From IMG/VR virus record IMGVR_UViG_3300042366_001473: 64,000 nt of DNA. One strand, 5' to 3'. The notes beneath the pieces were generated by a model that did no database searches, was not told the DNA's origin, and saw nothing but the letters and a program-made list of their open reading frames with translations. Origin of the DNA: an uncultured virus (IMG/VR IMGVR_UViG_3300042366_001473) (taxonomy: Duplodnaviria; Heunggongvirae; Uroviricota; Caudoviricetes). The position numbers and the translations under genes were made by a program. The first letter of the stretch is position 1; each line of letters begins with the position of its first letter. Below are positions 1 through 9,435 of this stretch, piece after piece.

Positions 1-909
1 AGGATGCTGTTCAAATATTGATTTTTCTGGCGTTGACTCGCTGTTTGACGTGAACATCCAACCTGTGGGGTGTGGATCCTGAACCACTGATTTATCTAAC
101 TCAGGTTTGTGTTCTTCGTCCTTGGGTGCCAATCCCAGCCGTTCGAACACTCGTTGCCGTTCCCACTTCATGCTCTCTGTTGCTGCCAACAGCATCATAA
201 TAGCCAGTGGATCAAACACAGCAACAATAATGATAATGACCCAAGTCACTGCTTTTTCCAACAAGTTAGCATCAGGATTGTCCCCGTAGATCAACTTGGC
301 AATGTATTTGATTGGTCCTACTTCGGCCTCAACCTTGCGTACTTCGGCTGCAATTGGCGCACGTTCTTCGCTAAGACTACTAATTGTTTTTTGTTCGGTT
401 TGGATCTCAGACTGAAGGCGGGCACGTTCTTTTTGTTGTGAGCGTCGTAGTCCAACTGCTTTGTCAGCACCCGTTTCCGAACTGCTTCTTGCCATGACCT
501 GGTCCACAGCCTCATCCATCTGTTTAAGCGCCTTACGGTTTGCATCTATATTGTCCTTTGCTGTTTTGATCTTTTCGTCGTAGACTGCAATCTTGGCCTG
601 TACATCGCCGCCTACCAAGCTTTGGTCCGAATGTGCTTTGCTCAAGAAGCCAAAGATGCCCATGCTGGTAATCAACATCAGTACTGCCACTGCAGGTACC
701 AAATACAGTCTCATCAACCAACGGCAACGACTCCAGTACTCATGCAGCCACAGTGTGACCACTACTTTGCCAATCTCAAGAATGCCGCCCATCACAATGA
801 TAGGAATCACAGCCGCGGCAAAAACAGCAGTAAGACCTGCAATACTGTAGTAGGCGGCAATGACTGACAGGCTCAGTGCTACTGCCAGTGTAAGGTAACT
901 AAGGAACAT
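1..909 (-). CDS. Multi-pass membrane protein with central coiled coil (3' end runs off window)
   Basis: Manually translated open frame from ATG 909 to the window edge: MFLSYLTLAVALSLSVIAAYYSIAGL...TSMGIFGFLSKAH...coiled coil...EVGPIKYIA...VFDPLAIMMLLAA. Absent from the ORF track because no stop lies in the window. Confidence 0.85.
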   Translation of the reverse strand, partial: MFLSYLTLAVALSLSVIAAYYSIAGLTAVFAAAVIPIIVMGGILEIGKVVVTLWLHEYWSRCRWLMRLYLVPAVAVLMLITSMGIFGFLSKAHSDQSLVGGDVQAKIAVYDEKIKTAKDNIDANRKALKQMDEAVDQVMARSSSETGADKAVGLRRSQQKERARLQSEIQTEQKTISSLSEERAPIAAEVRKVEAEVGPIKYIAKLIYGDNPDANLLEKAVTWVIIIIVAVFDPLAIMMLLAATESMKWERQRVFERLGLAPKDEEHKPELDKSVVQDPHPTGWMFTSNSESTPEKSIFEQHP

Positions 910-913
910 AAGA

Positions 914-1225
914 TTATTTAGTGGCGGTTGCGGTGGCCACTACTGCATGTTTAATTGCTATCCAAGAAGCAAAGGTAGGGTCAGGAACATCAAACCACAC
1001 AGCAACAGGCACAGGCCGCCATTGATTGCGTTCCAGTTTGCGTTTTACTCCTGACTGACACCGCCAATCACGACTGTATTGTCGGTTGGCTTCATGAATA
1101 ATCTTGTACCAGGTATCAGTGTCGCTGACCTGGAACCAAATACGGTGCATGGACAAAGGCGTTGTTTTAAGCGAGTCAAGTGACTCAGGCATACTCAACG
1201 TAGAGGCCTCAATGTTGACAGACAT
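914..1225 (-). CDS. Hypothetical protein
   Basis: ORF 914..1294; the likely start is MSVNIEAS (ATG 1225), preceded by SD AAAGGA. Confidence 0.7.
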   Translation of the reverse strand: MSVNIEASTLSMPESLDSLKTTPLSMHRIWFQVSDTDTWYKIIHEANRQYSRDWRCQSGVKRKLERNQWRPVPVAVWFDVPDPTFASWIAIKHAVVATATATK

Positions 1226-1259
1226 AACGTCCTTTCTAGATGAATCCACTCGGCATACT

Positions 1260-1400
1260 CCCGGGTACCAACCGGGGTTTGATCTTGCGATCATGGTCCT
1301 TGTCGCAACCTACAAGACTGATGTTCACATGCCACGGTCGAAACGGGCCCGGATTAGCTACTCCGTTTCACCATTGAACTGCTTACCTCTTTGTCCATGC
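1260..1400 (-). ncRNA. Candidate structured RNA / long structured 5' leader
   Basis: Four consecutive stem-loops, one with a GCAA tetraloop, directly downstream of a consensus sigma70 promoter. Confidence 0.45.
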
Positions 1401-1406
1401 ATAGTA

Positions 1407-1435
1407 ATTATAACAACAATATCAGTGCTGGTCAA
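1407..1435 (-). promoter_or_regulatory. sigma70-type promoter
   Basis: TTGACC-N17-TATAAT on the minus strand. Confidence 0.75.
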
Positions 1436-1454
1436 TAGTTATTGAGTCACAAAG

Positions 1455-2366
1455 TCAGACGTTGAATTCCACAATGATTTGATCCAATTCTTCCCGTAAA
1501 AAGTGTTCATCTGGATCGTAGGCCACACCTTGCCACTGTTTGATCTTGATGAGCTCTGTGGGTTTCCAGTCGTTGTACCAGTATTCGCCGTTCCATCCAG
1601 CATGGTACTCATGCCCAGTTTGAGTCTGCACGTTGTACATCCCTTCACGCACAGGGTTGATTTTTGCTGGAAACCAGTTGGTCAACTGGTACTTGATGTC
1701 ATTCATGTCGCGGTATCGTTCATAGCCCGAGCCCTGGTTGGAGCCAGCAATGTAGAACGCATGATCTGAACCTTTGCCATTGGTGTCACCACCATAGTTG
1801 TCCAGCTCTTGGTCGTCGTATTCCACGCCAATCACAATTTCGTTTGAGTCAAAATCGGCAAGGTTCAACAACAGTTTTTCAGGGTCAAACGGTTCTGTGA
1901 GATCAATATCGGCTTCGAAGAAGGTACCCTTATCGGATGTATGGCCAAAATACACAACCGTGCCAGGCGGTTGACTGTCAACCCAAACTTCCTCAAATGT
2001 GCTGAGTTGCACATCACATCCATCTAGGCCAGACAGATCTCGTTCGTAGACCACAGTGCCATTTTCGTCCAAGACCTGCATGGTACCAGAATTACGATCA
2101 ACGCCATTGACATGTCCAATGTTGTCACAGTCATAGTATGATCCTGGCTCAAATGGTCGCATGTCTTCGGGCACATCATCAAACTCGTCACCGCCCCAGG
2201 CATAGTCTGGTACACTGAGTCTGTGCTCTCTAAAATAGTCGTAGATTTCACGTGACACAGTGCCCATCACATACTCGCCGCCATAGCCCCACAATTGAAT
2301 TTTGTAGGTGCGTGGAGTGAATTTCAAATGTGCAATGAGTTTTTCTTGTTCTTCAATTGTGGACAT
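1455..2366 (-). CDS. Hypothetical acidic protein
   Basis: 303-aa ORF in a tightly packed operon. Confidence 0.8.
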   Translation of the reverse strand: MSTIEEQEKLIAHLKFTPRTYKIQLWGYGGEYVMGTVSREIYDYFREHRLSVPDYAWGGDEFDDVPEDMRPFEPGSYYDCDNIGHVNGVDRNSGTMQVLDENGTVVYERDLSGLDGCDVQLSTFEEVWVDSQPPGTVVYFGHTSDKGTFFEADIDLTEPFDPEKLLLNLADFDSNEIVIGVEYDDQELDNYGGDTNGKGSDHAFYIAGSNQGSGYERYRDMNDIKYQLTNWFPAKINPVREGMYNVQTQTGHEYHAGWNGEYWYNDWKPTELIKIKQWQGVAYDPDEHFLREELDQIIVEFNV

Positions 2367-2820
2367 TTTGTTGTTCCTTTACAAGTTTGCATACCAGTTG
2401 AAACTGTTCGTAGGCATCACGAACAGCAGGGTGTTGCATTAGTTGGAGTGCTTCAGCCTGCATGGCTTGCACGCCAGCTTCGGCACAATCTCGTACACTG
2501 AGGCCAGTCAGGGTACATAATTCATCTCCCATCTCTTTGGCTAGTTTTTTCCAAGCTCGTTGCTGTGCTAGAGTAATTGGAGTACGCTGTGGCCGGAGTT
2601 CGCTGGCTGTCAACATGGCTCGACAGATAGCATCTTCTGCGTAACGTCCTGCGGCAATCATAGGAGCATACGCTGGATCAATGTTGTACCTACGGCTGGA
2701 TCCACCGGGGTACACCATCACCAGGTGAGTGCCTCTGTGAAAACTATCCACAAGATCGCTGTCGTATTCACTCACAGGTTTGTATCTACGACCCTCTTTG
2801 ACATAGTAGATTTTTTTCAT
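2353..2820 (-). CDS. Hypothetical protein
   Basis: 155-aa ORF overlapping its neighbours. Confidence 0.8.
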   Translation of the reverse strand: MKKIYYVKEGRRYKPVSEYDSDLVDSFHRGTHLVMVYPGGSSRRYNIDPAYAPMIAAGRYAEDAICRAMLTASELRPQRTPITLAQQRAWKKLAKEMGDELCTLTGLSVRDCAEAGVQAMQAEALQLMQHPAVRDAYEQFQLVCKLVKEQQNVHN

Positions 2821-3248
2821 TGGTATTTTCGGTCCAGTTTAACGCCAGTTAGTCCGGCCAACAGTTGAAAATTGTTCCAGGCTTCTTTGACTGCCGGGCG
2901 TGATTCCAGTTCGGAATCTGGCAACACAGTTTCCAACCAAATTTCAGGTCGGCGTCGAGGACGAGTACCAAACTTGCGAGGCTGGTGAAGTTTGCCTTCG
3001 TCCCAAAGTTGGATGCTAACATTACGAAATTTAACTTCGTCTTCAGTGGGATAGTCTATCCATTCTGGGCTACTAAATGGACTGCCAAACTGCTGGCCGC
3101 CGCCGTATCCAGTCCAGATACCCTGCCATTGTTCGTCATCGTGCGGGTCAAAGTCAGTGCGGGAGATTACCACCAACACATCGTTGATGTCCACAGTACC
3201 GTCCACAATGTCACGCACACATCGACTGAAGCTGAGTCCAATTTTCAT
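2817..3248 (-). CDS. Hypothetical protein
   Basis: 143-aa ORF with ATGA overlap to the next gene. Confidence 0.8.
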   Translation of the reverse strand: MKIGLSFSRCVRDIVDGTVDINDVLVVISRTDFDPHDDEQWQGIWTGYGGGQQFGSPFSSPEWIDYPTEDEVKFRNVSIQLWDEGKLHQPRKFGTRPRRRPEIWLETVLPDSELESRPAVKEAWNNFQLLAGLTGVKLDRKYQ

Positions 3249-3443
3249 TTAACCACCATAGTAATCAATAACAAGATCAAGAGCCTGCACCAAGCGAGTA
3301 TTGTTGACAACATCTTCAGGATGCAGGTAATTGCCTTTTTTAAAGTCAGCTAGTTCTTTCTTGAGATACTTGCGCTGTTCTTTCAGCGTGATCACAGTGA
3401 TTCGATCTGCAGTATCAAAATCAATTTCTAAACCTTTTCTCAC
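3249..3443 (-). CDS. Hypothetical protein
   Basis: 64-aa ORF, GTGA overlap with the ligase stop, SD GGAG. Confidence 0.7.
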   Translation of the reverse strand: MRKGLEIDFDTADRITVITLKEQRKYLKKELADFKKGNYLHPEDVVNNTRLVQALDLVIDYYGG

Positions 3444-4816
3444 AGTTTCTCTCCTGGTTCAAAACCACGGAACCGTACATGCCGAGGGAATCTCAGACTG
3501 TATGTTCCGTCTTGGTTTTGCGTAACTGCATCAGCTTGGATTTCACCGATGACACCAAGTAGCTGATCCCGTAGGGACCAAAACTCATCGCGATCGCTAT
3601 CGCTATAACCAGTACCAACATTAACCCGAATATTTCTGTCATTGTCAACTCCTTCGTAAATTATAGCACCGAGTCGTCCTGCATTGCGACCAGTACCTTC
3701 TTCAAAACCCACAATGGTCAAGTCAACTGTGATAGTGGGTTTCCATTTCATCCAGTAATCTGATCGCTTGCAGATGTAGGGTGCGTCCAGATTCTTGATC
3801 ATGATGCCTTCGTAGCCCTGTGCCACCGAAGCTTCAGCAAAGCGGCGCATGACATCATGGCCTTCTGCTGTGTCCAGATCCACATTCATGCCGGGCATGA
3901 TCCGCAAACAATCAGTTTGTTCCAGCGCGGATTGAGCCGATTCCAACCACTCCAGGCGAGACTGTTGTTTTACATTCCAATGGCCTTCTTTGAGTGCATC
4001 CAGGGGAATAATGTCAAAAATATGATACACCATGCCATCTGTTTGGGCATCGCTTTTGCGATGTGCCTGCTTCATGAGTTTTTGGAAGCTCTCGCCCACA
4101 ATCTCACCGTCCAGTACAAAGTGGCCGCCGGTGCCGCGACCGTATTGGAATGCTCGGCGAGCATCTTCGATTGCTTCGGCAATCTGCGGGAAGTTTTCAA
4201 ACGTCTTGCCATTGCGACTGTACAGTGTGCAAGTGGCACCTTGTACCACAGCAATCACACGCACACCATCTAGTTTGACTTCCAGGCGTTTGATGCCTTT
4301 CATTTTCTTGGGCTGATCTGTGCTATCCTGTGCTAGTTGTACACCAAACACAGGAATACGCCACTCTGTGTTGCCCACAACCTTGTTGATGGTCTTTTCC
4401 GAGATGCCGCAACGCAGGTCTTTGATGATTACAGGACGACACATCAAGTTCCATTCTTCGCTGTCAAACTGTTCCGACAAATCCTGGATCCTAGCACGTG
4501 CCGCGCCGCCGGTGACGCCACGGGTACGTAGATCTTCCAGCAAGGCCCAGAACACTGGCCAAGGATTGTCGCGACCAGTTAGGCCTGAGGTTTCTGGCAC
4601 TTGTTTGACATTGAATGTGTAGAAAGGATTGTAGGCCTGGTAGCAGTTGAACAGGAAAATCTGTGCATCACCGCTGCCTAGTTTTGCAGCCATCAAGGCT
4701 TTTTCAATCACTCGTTCTTTGTGCAGTCGGCTGTCCGAACTCTCTAAATCTCGTATCCAACCAGCTGCCATTATGCTGTTGAACCTGGGGTCACTAAAGT
4801 TGATTTCATTGATCAT
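3440..4816 (-). CDS. lig: ATP-dependent DNA ligase
   Basis: Motif I EVKLDGVR, LDGEI, YHIFDI, EGIMIK, WMKWK and OB-fold SLRFP. Confidence 0.95.
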   Translation of the reverse strand: MINEINFSDPRFNSIMAAGWIRDLESSDSRLHKERVIEKALMAAKLGSGDAQIFLFNCYQAYNPFYTFNVKQVPETSGLTGRDNPWPVFWALLEDLRTRGVTGGAARARIQDLSEQFDSEEWNLMCRPVIIKDLRCGISEKTINKVVGNTEWRIPVFGVQLAQDSTDQPKKMKGIKRLEVKLDGVRVIAVVQGATCTLYSRNGKTFENFPQIAEAIEDARRAFQYGRGTGGHFVLDGEIVGESFQKLMKQAHRKSDAQTDGMVYHIFDIIPLDALKEGHWNVKQQSRLEWLESAQSALEQTDCLRIMPGMNVDLDTAEGHDVMRRFAEASVAQGYEGIMIKNLDAPYICKRSDYWMKWKPTITVDLTIVGFEEGTGRNAGRLGAIIYEGVDNDRNIRVNVGTGYSDSDRDEFWSLRDQLLGVIGEIQADAVTQNQDGTYSLRFPRHVRFRGFEPGEKL

Positions 4817-4826
4817 ATTTACGCTC

Positions 4827-5213
4827 TTACCAGCTGGAATTATAAAACACTTTTAAGCCCAAGAACAACTCAGCACGAGCATTCCGAACAAACTCCAGAT
4901 CACTTTCACGATAGTGCTCGTCTGAGTCATCGCCAAAGAAAAATCCTGTTGTGCCCGGCAACTGCCCATGCATTACTGCCTGTTCAAGCTCATCAAGATC
5001 CTGCCAGGTCAATTCTAGTTCGTCGCCATTGAAGTCACCTGAGTTGCCTTTTGATTCCCACAGCCGACGCATCCAGCCATGAAGGTTAGGATGCTTGCGC
5101 CAGTAAGCAATCTCACGTGGCTTAAAAACACCAGTGGCATCAGCATCCTGTTGCCAATATTCTTCTTGTTGGCCTGCTTTGTGTGCCACGTAGGCGTACA
5201 TATCCAGTCCCAT
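4827..5213 (-). CDS. Phage hypothetical protein (MGLDMY...YWRKH type)
   Basis: 128-aa ORF with N-terminal MGLDMYAY, EIAYWRKH and C-terminal FYNSSW. Confidence 0.8.
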   Translation of the reverse strand: MGLDMYAYVAHKAGQQEEYWQQDADATGVFKPREIAYWRKHPNLHGWMRRLWESKGNSGDFNGDELELTWQDLDELEQAVMHGQLPGTTGFFFGDDSDEHYRESDLEFVRNARAELFLGLKVFYNSSW

Positions 5214-5488
5214 TATGCGGCCTCCAACATGTTGGCAGGGACTTTGAACAACATTTGACCAGTGTCAACTGTCACAAACTTGATGGCAATTTTACGAACG
5301 GTGCCAGTATAGGTACGGCCGTTGCGGTTGCTGGTAAACTTCACAGTATCGCCTAGCATGAGACTGCGTTTGGTTTGTTGTGTGAGCTGAGCCCGTGCAT
5401 ATTTCACAGCATCGATAATGCTGGTGAGTTCAGTGTTGGTAAAGTTACCAAACATGATTGCAGAATTAACGTCTTTGATGCTGATCAT
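5213..5488 (-). CDS. Small protein with SH3/KOW-like C-terminus
   Basis: LGDTVKF...YTGTVRKIAIKFVTVD...FKVPANML pattern. Confidence 0.7.
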   Translation of the reverse strand: MISIKDVNSAIMFGNFTNTELTSIIDAVKYARAQLTQQTKRSLMLGDTVKFTSNRNGRTYTGTVRKIAIKFVTVDTGQMLFKVPANMLEAA

Positions 5489-5489
5489 A

Positions 5490-5633
5490 TCAAACTCCTG
5501 TGTGAAAAGGGTTGCGTCTACGCAGGTGTGCTAATGCGGCTTCCTTGGTTTCAAAACGTCCACTGATGGGCGTTTGGTGTGCGCCACGCACAATGAACCA
5601 ACCTGACAATAAACTATTGTAAACGATTTTCAT
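5490..5633 (-). CDS. Small hypothetical protein (47 aa)
   Basis: Manual translation MKIVYNSLLSGWFIVRGAHQTPISGRFETKEAALAHLRRRNPFHTGV; it fills the gap between neighbours. Confidence 0.65.
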   Translation of the reverse strand: MKIVYNSLLSGWFIVRGAHQTPISGRFETKEAALAHLRRRNPFHTGV

Positions 5634-5634
5634 A

Positions 5635-5913
5635 TCAATTGCTCCAGTATGCTTCGCTATCTACACGGCAAGCCCAAGGTGTGTCAGCATCAATTTCTAC
5701 TGCCTTACCCGTCATTAAATTCTTAACAGTGATCTTGGGAGCCTGGTAAGTGTCACGAGCAACAATGTTGAGTTGGCTTTCGTTCCAACCAGCTTTGGTA
5801 CAAAGTCTAGTACGAGTTGCTTTGGCGGCACCAAAAGTTTTGTATGCACGAGTCTTGTTGGGCCCGTCTGTAACAATAAGACCGGTACCTTTGGCTACGA
5901 TTACGTATGACAT
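5635..5913 (-). CDS. Early hypothetical protein
   Basis: Start MSYVIV after SD AAGGAG, directly downstream of an early promoter. Confidence 0.8.
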   Translation of the reverse strand: MSYVIVAKGTGLIVTDGPNKTRAYKTFGAAKATRTRLCTKAGWNESQLNIVARDTYQAPKITVKNLMTGKAVEIDADTPWACRVDSEAYWSN

Positions 5914-5943
5914 CTTTGGCTCCTTTTTAATTACTATACAAGT

Positions 5944-5972
5944 ATTATAGCAAATTGGGAATATTTGGTCAA
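5944..5972 (-). promoter_or_regulatory. Early sigma70 promoter (repeat family)
   Basis: TTGACC-AAATATTCCCAATTTGC-TATAAT, identical to 39064..39092. Confidence 0.85.
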
Positions 5973-5982
5973 CCAAAACGTG

Positions 5983-6000
5983 TGTTGTATTTTTACAACA
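5983..6000. promoter_or_regulatory. Palindromic operator-like site
   Basis: TGTTGTA-TTTT-TACAACA, 10 bp upstream of the -35 box. Confidence 0.5.
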
Positions 6001-6001
6001 A

Positions 6002-6026
6002 AATCTGCTTAAAAATTAAGCAGATT
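6002..6026 (-). terminator. Hairpin, probable terminator
   Basis: AATCTGCTTAA-AAA-TTAAGCAGATT, a perfect 11-bp inverted repeat just after the 6033 stop codon. Confidence 0.55.
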
Positions 6027-6032
6027 GTAGCC

Positions 6033-6359
6033 CTAAATAATTGGGGTAGGATCACAAATTTCGCCGTGTCGTCGTAATTGTATCTGCTCATAATCTGTAA
6101 GAAAATCGTTGTCAACTATATCGAACCACGTTACTATTTCTCGATACCGTTTGGGATTTTCCTGTATTTTTTTATTATTCAATCGTATCTGGGGTTCTAA
6201 CTCGTATGTAACAAACTCAAATAATTTCTGGGGTTTTCGAAAATGTTTTTTATATGTTTGCTCATCGGGAATATAAAAGTAGTTGTTGAAACTTTTACCA
6301 AAAGCAAGGCCACCTGTCAAGTGGGTGACAAAAAAATATGTCTGGATATGTAGTTTCAT
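6033..6359 (-). CDS. AT-rich early hypothetical protein
   Basis: ORF with likely start MKLHIQ after GAGGG; has its own promoter and downstream hairpin. Confidence 0.7.
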   Translation of the reverse strand: MKLHIQTYFFVTHLTGGLAFGKSFNNYFYIPDEQTYKKHFRKPQKLFEFVTYELEPQIRLNNKKIQENPKRYREIVTWFDIVDNDFLTDYEQIQLRRHGEICDPTPII

Positions 6360-6389
6360 TGCTGACCCTCGATTAGTTTTCAAGTGTTA

Positions 6390-6418
6390 ATTATAGCAAA
6401 ACGGGATTTATTGGTCAA
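6390..6418 (-). promoter_or_regulatory. Early sigma70 promoter
   Basis: TTGACC-N17-TATAAT. Confidence 0.8.
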
Positions 6419-6429
6419 GTAAAAAAGTA

Positions 6430-6705
6430 TTACTTTTGTGGGTCCTTGAGTGCATGCCAGATTTCAGGGTCCGTGCCCAAATATATGCGGTAAGTGAGGC
6501 GATTGCGCCAAACGGTGATGCGATTTACTGTGCGTTCTACCCAGTTAAAAAATCCATCACGAAACCAAAATGGGTTTATGATGGCCAGTATAAGTGCTAC
6601 TAGAACTGGTACCAAGGCAGCGATGCTGATTGTCAAGCCAAAGGCCTGTGCACGCCAAAAGCGACCACCGTGTCGTGTCATAGTTACAGTTTTGGGCAAA
6701 GACAT
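6430..6705 (-). CDS. Small membrane protein
   Basis: 91 aa with one long hydrophobic segment; SD AAGGAG. Confidence 0.75.
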   Translation of the reverse strand: MSLPKTVTMTRHGGRFWRAQAFGLTISIAALVPVLVALILAIINPFWFRDGFFNWVERTVNRITVWRNRLTYRIYLGTDPEIWHALKDPQK

Positions 6706-6728
6706 CGTGACTCCTTGTTTGATAGCAT

Positions 6729-6757
6729 ATTATAGCAAGGAGTTGATTAAAGGTCAA
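6729..6757 (-). promoter_or_regulatory. Early sigma70 promoter
   Basis: TTGACC-N17-TATAAT; the -35 box overlaps the stop codon of 6754..8838. Confidence 0.8.
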
Positions 6758-8838
6758 GTCACTGGATTTACTGCACAAGGCGGAGTGATTTCAGGCGTGG
6801 CGTTGGGAGTTATGTCTACTTGTAGACCGGCAGCAGACAACTGGGCTTGATTTTGGCCTTCGCGCAGAGCGCCGATCACGGCCTGTCCTGTCAGCGTGGT
6901 CTGGTCCACAACATCTTGCAAAAACTGATTTGGACCGCAGGCCTGACACTGTGTGCCAAACTGACCAAGACTTTGGGCCAGGGCATACACACTGACTTTT
7001 TCGTCAGACACCAGTTCAAAATAATTCAGTGCGGCTTGATTTTGAAAACCTTTTTCTAGATTGAGATAGTTGGCTATGTAGTTCCAGGCAGTGTTTAACA
7101 CAGGCACTTGAGGATCAGCACTGAGTGCGGCTATGGCAGCATTGGCGTTGCCAATTTGTGTCAACACAGCGGCATCGTTTACAGCACTCACAATGGCCAC
7201 ATATGCGTTGTTCAGTGTGGTCAGGCTACCAGCAGTTTGCAATGTGTTGATGGCAGTGGTAGCAGTGTCCAGTCTGGCAGCAAAGTCCCAGTGGTCTGTA
7301 GCTGTACCAATCACATCACAAACAGTCACAGTGCCATTGGGGCCTGTGCCTGTGGCCGCTTCAGCATTGAAAGCAGTGGCCACTGATGCAGGTACTGCCG
7401 AGGTCAACGCTTCGATCAGCGGTAAATCAGCCATGGTGCTGATGCCTTCAGGAGTGTATGGTTGCCAGTAATTGGTGTCCACAATGTTGGTGCCCGCATC
7501 AACATCTTGCTGTGCTCTATAAAACACAGTGTCGGGCAACAATTGTGCAGGGCCAGCTGGAGAAGCAGGGGCCAGTGCTACCACAGCATTGGCCTGATAT
7601 GGTACTGTGTTGGTCCAAGCGGTACGTGGCAAATCGACCATGGATACCGCAAAGTTTGGTGCAGGAGTCTGAGCTATGTTGGTAACTTGTTGCAGTGCAG
7701 ACTGAAATGCTTTGTTGGACACAGCGTTGGCCGGGGGAATGATTTTGCCCAGCTCGTCGCAGCCCGAAGGTGCAGGCAAAATTGCATTCACAATTGGAGC
7801 CAAAGTCTGGTCCACTGCACCGTTGCTGAGATATATGGGCTGAGGTCCAACAGCAGTGGGCACCTGCAGAGTTTGATAGCTGTTGGGCATGATCTTTTCA
7901 AGATCCAACAGATCGGCCATGGTGTTGATATTGGGAGTGCTGATCTCCAGCACAGACAACACATCCTGCAGTTCTGCTCCACGAACTTGAGTCATTGCTT
8001 GATATGCTGTTTTTTGCAGTTGATCAAATGCCAAGGCGCTGACACCTCTTGGGTTGAACAAACTCACACGATTGTCCGAAGCCAATGTGTTGATTTCTGC
8101 GTCTGTGAGCCCTGATCTAGTTGCAACTGCGTCTTGGTTCTTTAGTTGAGCAAGCACACCTGGCAATGAGCTTCCTGTGGCACCCGACACTGTGGCCAGT
8201 TGTTGTAGTAATCCAGCAGGTGTGCCAAACAATTCTAGATTGCCTGTATTGATCAACCGGCCTGTGTTGCGCAGATCCACAGCAAACTTGGGTATGTCTG
8301 TGGTCACACGGCTGATGTTGTTGGTCACAAGGTCTGTCATTGTGGTAAACGTGGGACCAAGATAGGTCTGACTGTTGTCCACAGAATTTACAAAAGAGTT
8401 CACAGTGGACAAGTAACCTTGCACTGCAAGAAATCCCTGTGCAAATCTACCAATGTCGCCATTGCCCAGGTAGGCTGAACCAGTTTGTTGAATCAAGTTT
8501 GAAAACCCAGACGGATCAATGGTACTGTTGTCAGTGACTGTGTTGATGGTCAAGTACTCAGCAATCAAGTTGGGATATGAGCCCACTGGTGATGCTGGTA
8601 TGCTGTTGCCCAGGGCAGGGCACACAGTACTACCAATGCTGATCAACTGGTCAAATGTGCTTTCTGTGAAAAAACCTTGTGCTTTGTAATAGTCAACTGC
8701 GGCAAAAAAGTTTTGCATCAGTGTGGTAGCATTGTACTGATTGATTGCTGTGGTCAATGCTGCCGGCAAAGGTTTCAGTCCTTGATTGTCCAACAGTCCA
8801 GCAGATGCAATGATCTGCAAAGGTGTTATGATACCCAT
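6754..8838 (-). CDS. Probable virion structural protein (tail/baseplate region)
   Basis: 694 aa, rich in A/T/N/Q and poor in charged residues, translationally coupled to the PAAR gene. Confidence 0.6.
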   Translation of the reverse strand: MGIITPLQIIASAGLLDNQGLKPLPAALTTAINQYNATTLMQNFFAAVDYYKAQGFFTESTFDQLISIGSTVCPALGNSIPASPVGSYPNLIAEYLTINTVTDNSTIDPSGFSNLIQQTGSAYLGNGDIGRFAQGFLAVQGYLSTVNSFVNSVDNSQTYLGPTFTTMTDLVTNNISRVTTDIPKFAVDLRNTGRLINTGNLELFGTPAGLLQQLATVSGATGSSLPGVLAQLKNQDAVATRSGLTDAEINTLASDNRVSLFNPRGVSALAFDQLQKTAYQAMTQVRGAELQDVLSVLEISTPNINTMADLLDLEKIMPNSYQTLQVPTAVGPQPIYLSNGAVDQTLAPIVNAILPAPSGCDELGKIIPPANAVSNKAFQSALQQVTNIAQTPAPNFAVSMVDLPRTAWTNTVPYQANAVVALAPASPAGPAQLLPDTVFYRAQQDVDAGTNIVDTNYWQPYTPEGISTMADLPLIEALTSAVPASVATAFNAEAATGTGPNGTVTVCDVIGTATDHWDFAARLDTATTAINTLQTAGSLTTLNNAYVAIVSAVNDAAVLTQIGNANAAIAALSADPQVPVLNTAWNYIANYLNLEKGFQNQAALNYFELVSDEKVSVYALAQSLGQFGTQCQACGPNQFLQDVVDQTTLTGQAVIGALREGQNQAQLSAAGLQVDITPNATPEITPPCAVNPVT

Positions 8839-9128
8839 TATCCTGCCCTTACATTGTCACTGCCGCCTGAGCGAGGATGCCCACAGGAATCAGCGTCGCC
8901 AGTTACTACCACAGGTTGTCCACCTGCACGAACTGTTGGTATGCCGCCGCCTGTGACTGTGCTGCCATTGTTGTGTGCATTGCGACCACGACGTGGGTAT
9001 GGAGGATGTGGAGTCACTGGTTGCCCAGGAATCATAATGGGACGGCCGTTGACTTTGACCGAAGGAACACCACCATTGGCTACTCCTCCGCCGGCATCTG
9101 AATCACCTTGACGCTGCACTGCTGGCAT
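8838..9128 (-). CDS. PAAR-domain spike tip protein (T4 gp5.4-like)
   Basis: MPAVQRQGD...SVKVNGRP...H...TVRAGGQPVVVTGDADSCGH...GSDNVRAG. Confidence 0.9.
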   Translation of the reverse strand: MPAVQRQGDSDAGGGVANGGVPSVKVNGRPIMIPGQPVTPHPPYPRRGRNAHNNGSTVTGGGIPTVRAGGQPVVVTGDADSCGHPRSGGSDNVRAG

Positions 9129-9129
9129 G

Positions 9130-9435
9130 TTATCCTAGTATAAGTTTCTTTTCTGGTACTTTGATACCAGTTGTTGCTTCTAGATATTTCATTTTGACTG
9201 AATCGTCTGTTTTAGATATCAAAGAAACGCTGTTAGTATTTAACCGGATTTCTTCCTTGGGATCTGCAGTAAACAAACTGGGCACAAGTCCCATGCCTTG
9301 TGGTCCAGGCGCAATGCTTACCGGTTCTTCCAGGAAGATCCAGTCGCTGCCTGACATTTTTACTTTGGCAACCATTTCTTCGCCTGAGTTCATTTTGAAT
9401 GTGTATACTTGATTGGGTTCTAGTGCTATTTGCAT
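9130..9435 (-). CDS. Hypothetical protein (possible Sm-like fold)
   Basis: 101 aa with a YTFKMNSGEEMVAKV beta-rich pattern. Confidence 0.7.
   Translation of the reverse strand: MQIALEPNQVYTFKMNSGEEMVAKVKMSGSDWIFLEEPVSIAPGPQGMGLVPSLFTADPKEEIRLNTNSVSLISKTDDSVKMKYLEATTGIKVPEKKLILG

Noticed and set aside
1318..1346. Hammerhead-ribozyme-like CTGATG...CGAAAC on the + strand
   Set aside because: The core needs CUGANGA and here it is CUGAUGU; the promoter also points to minus-strand transcription.
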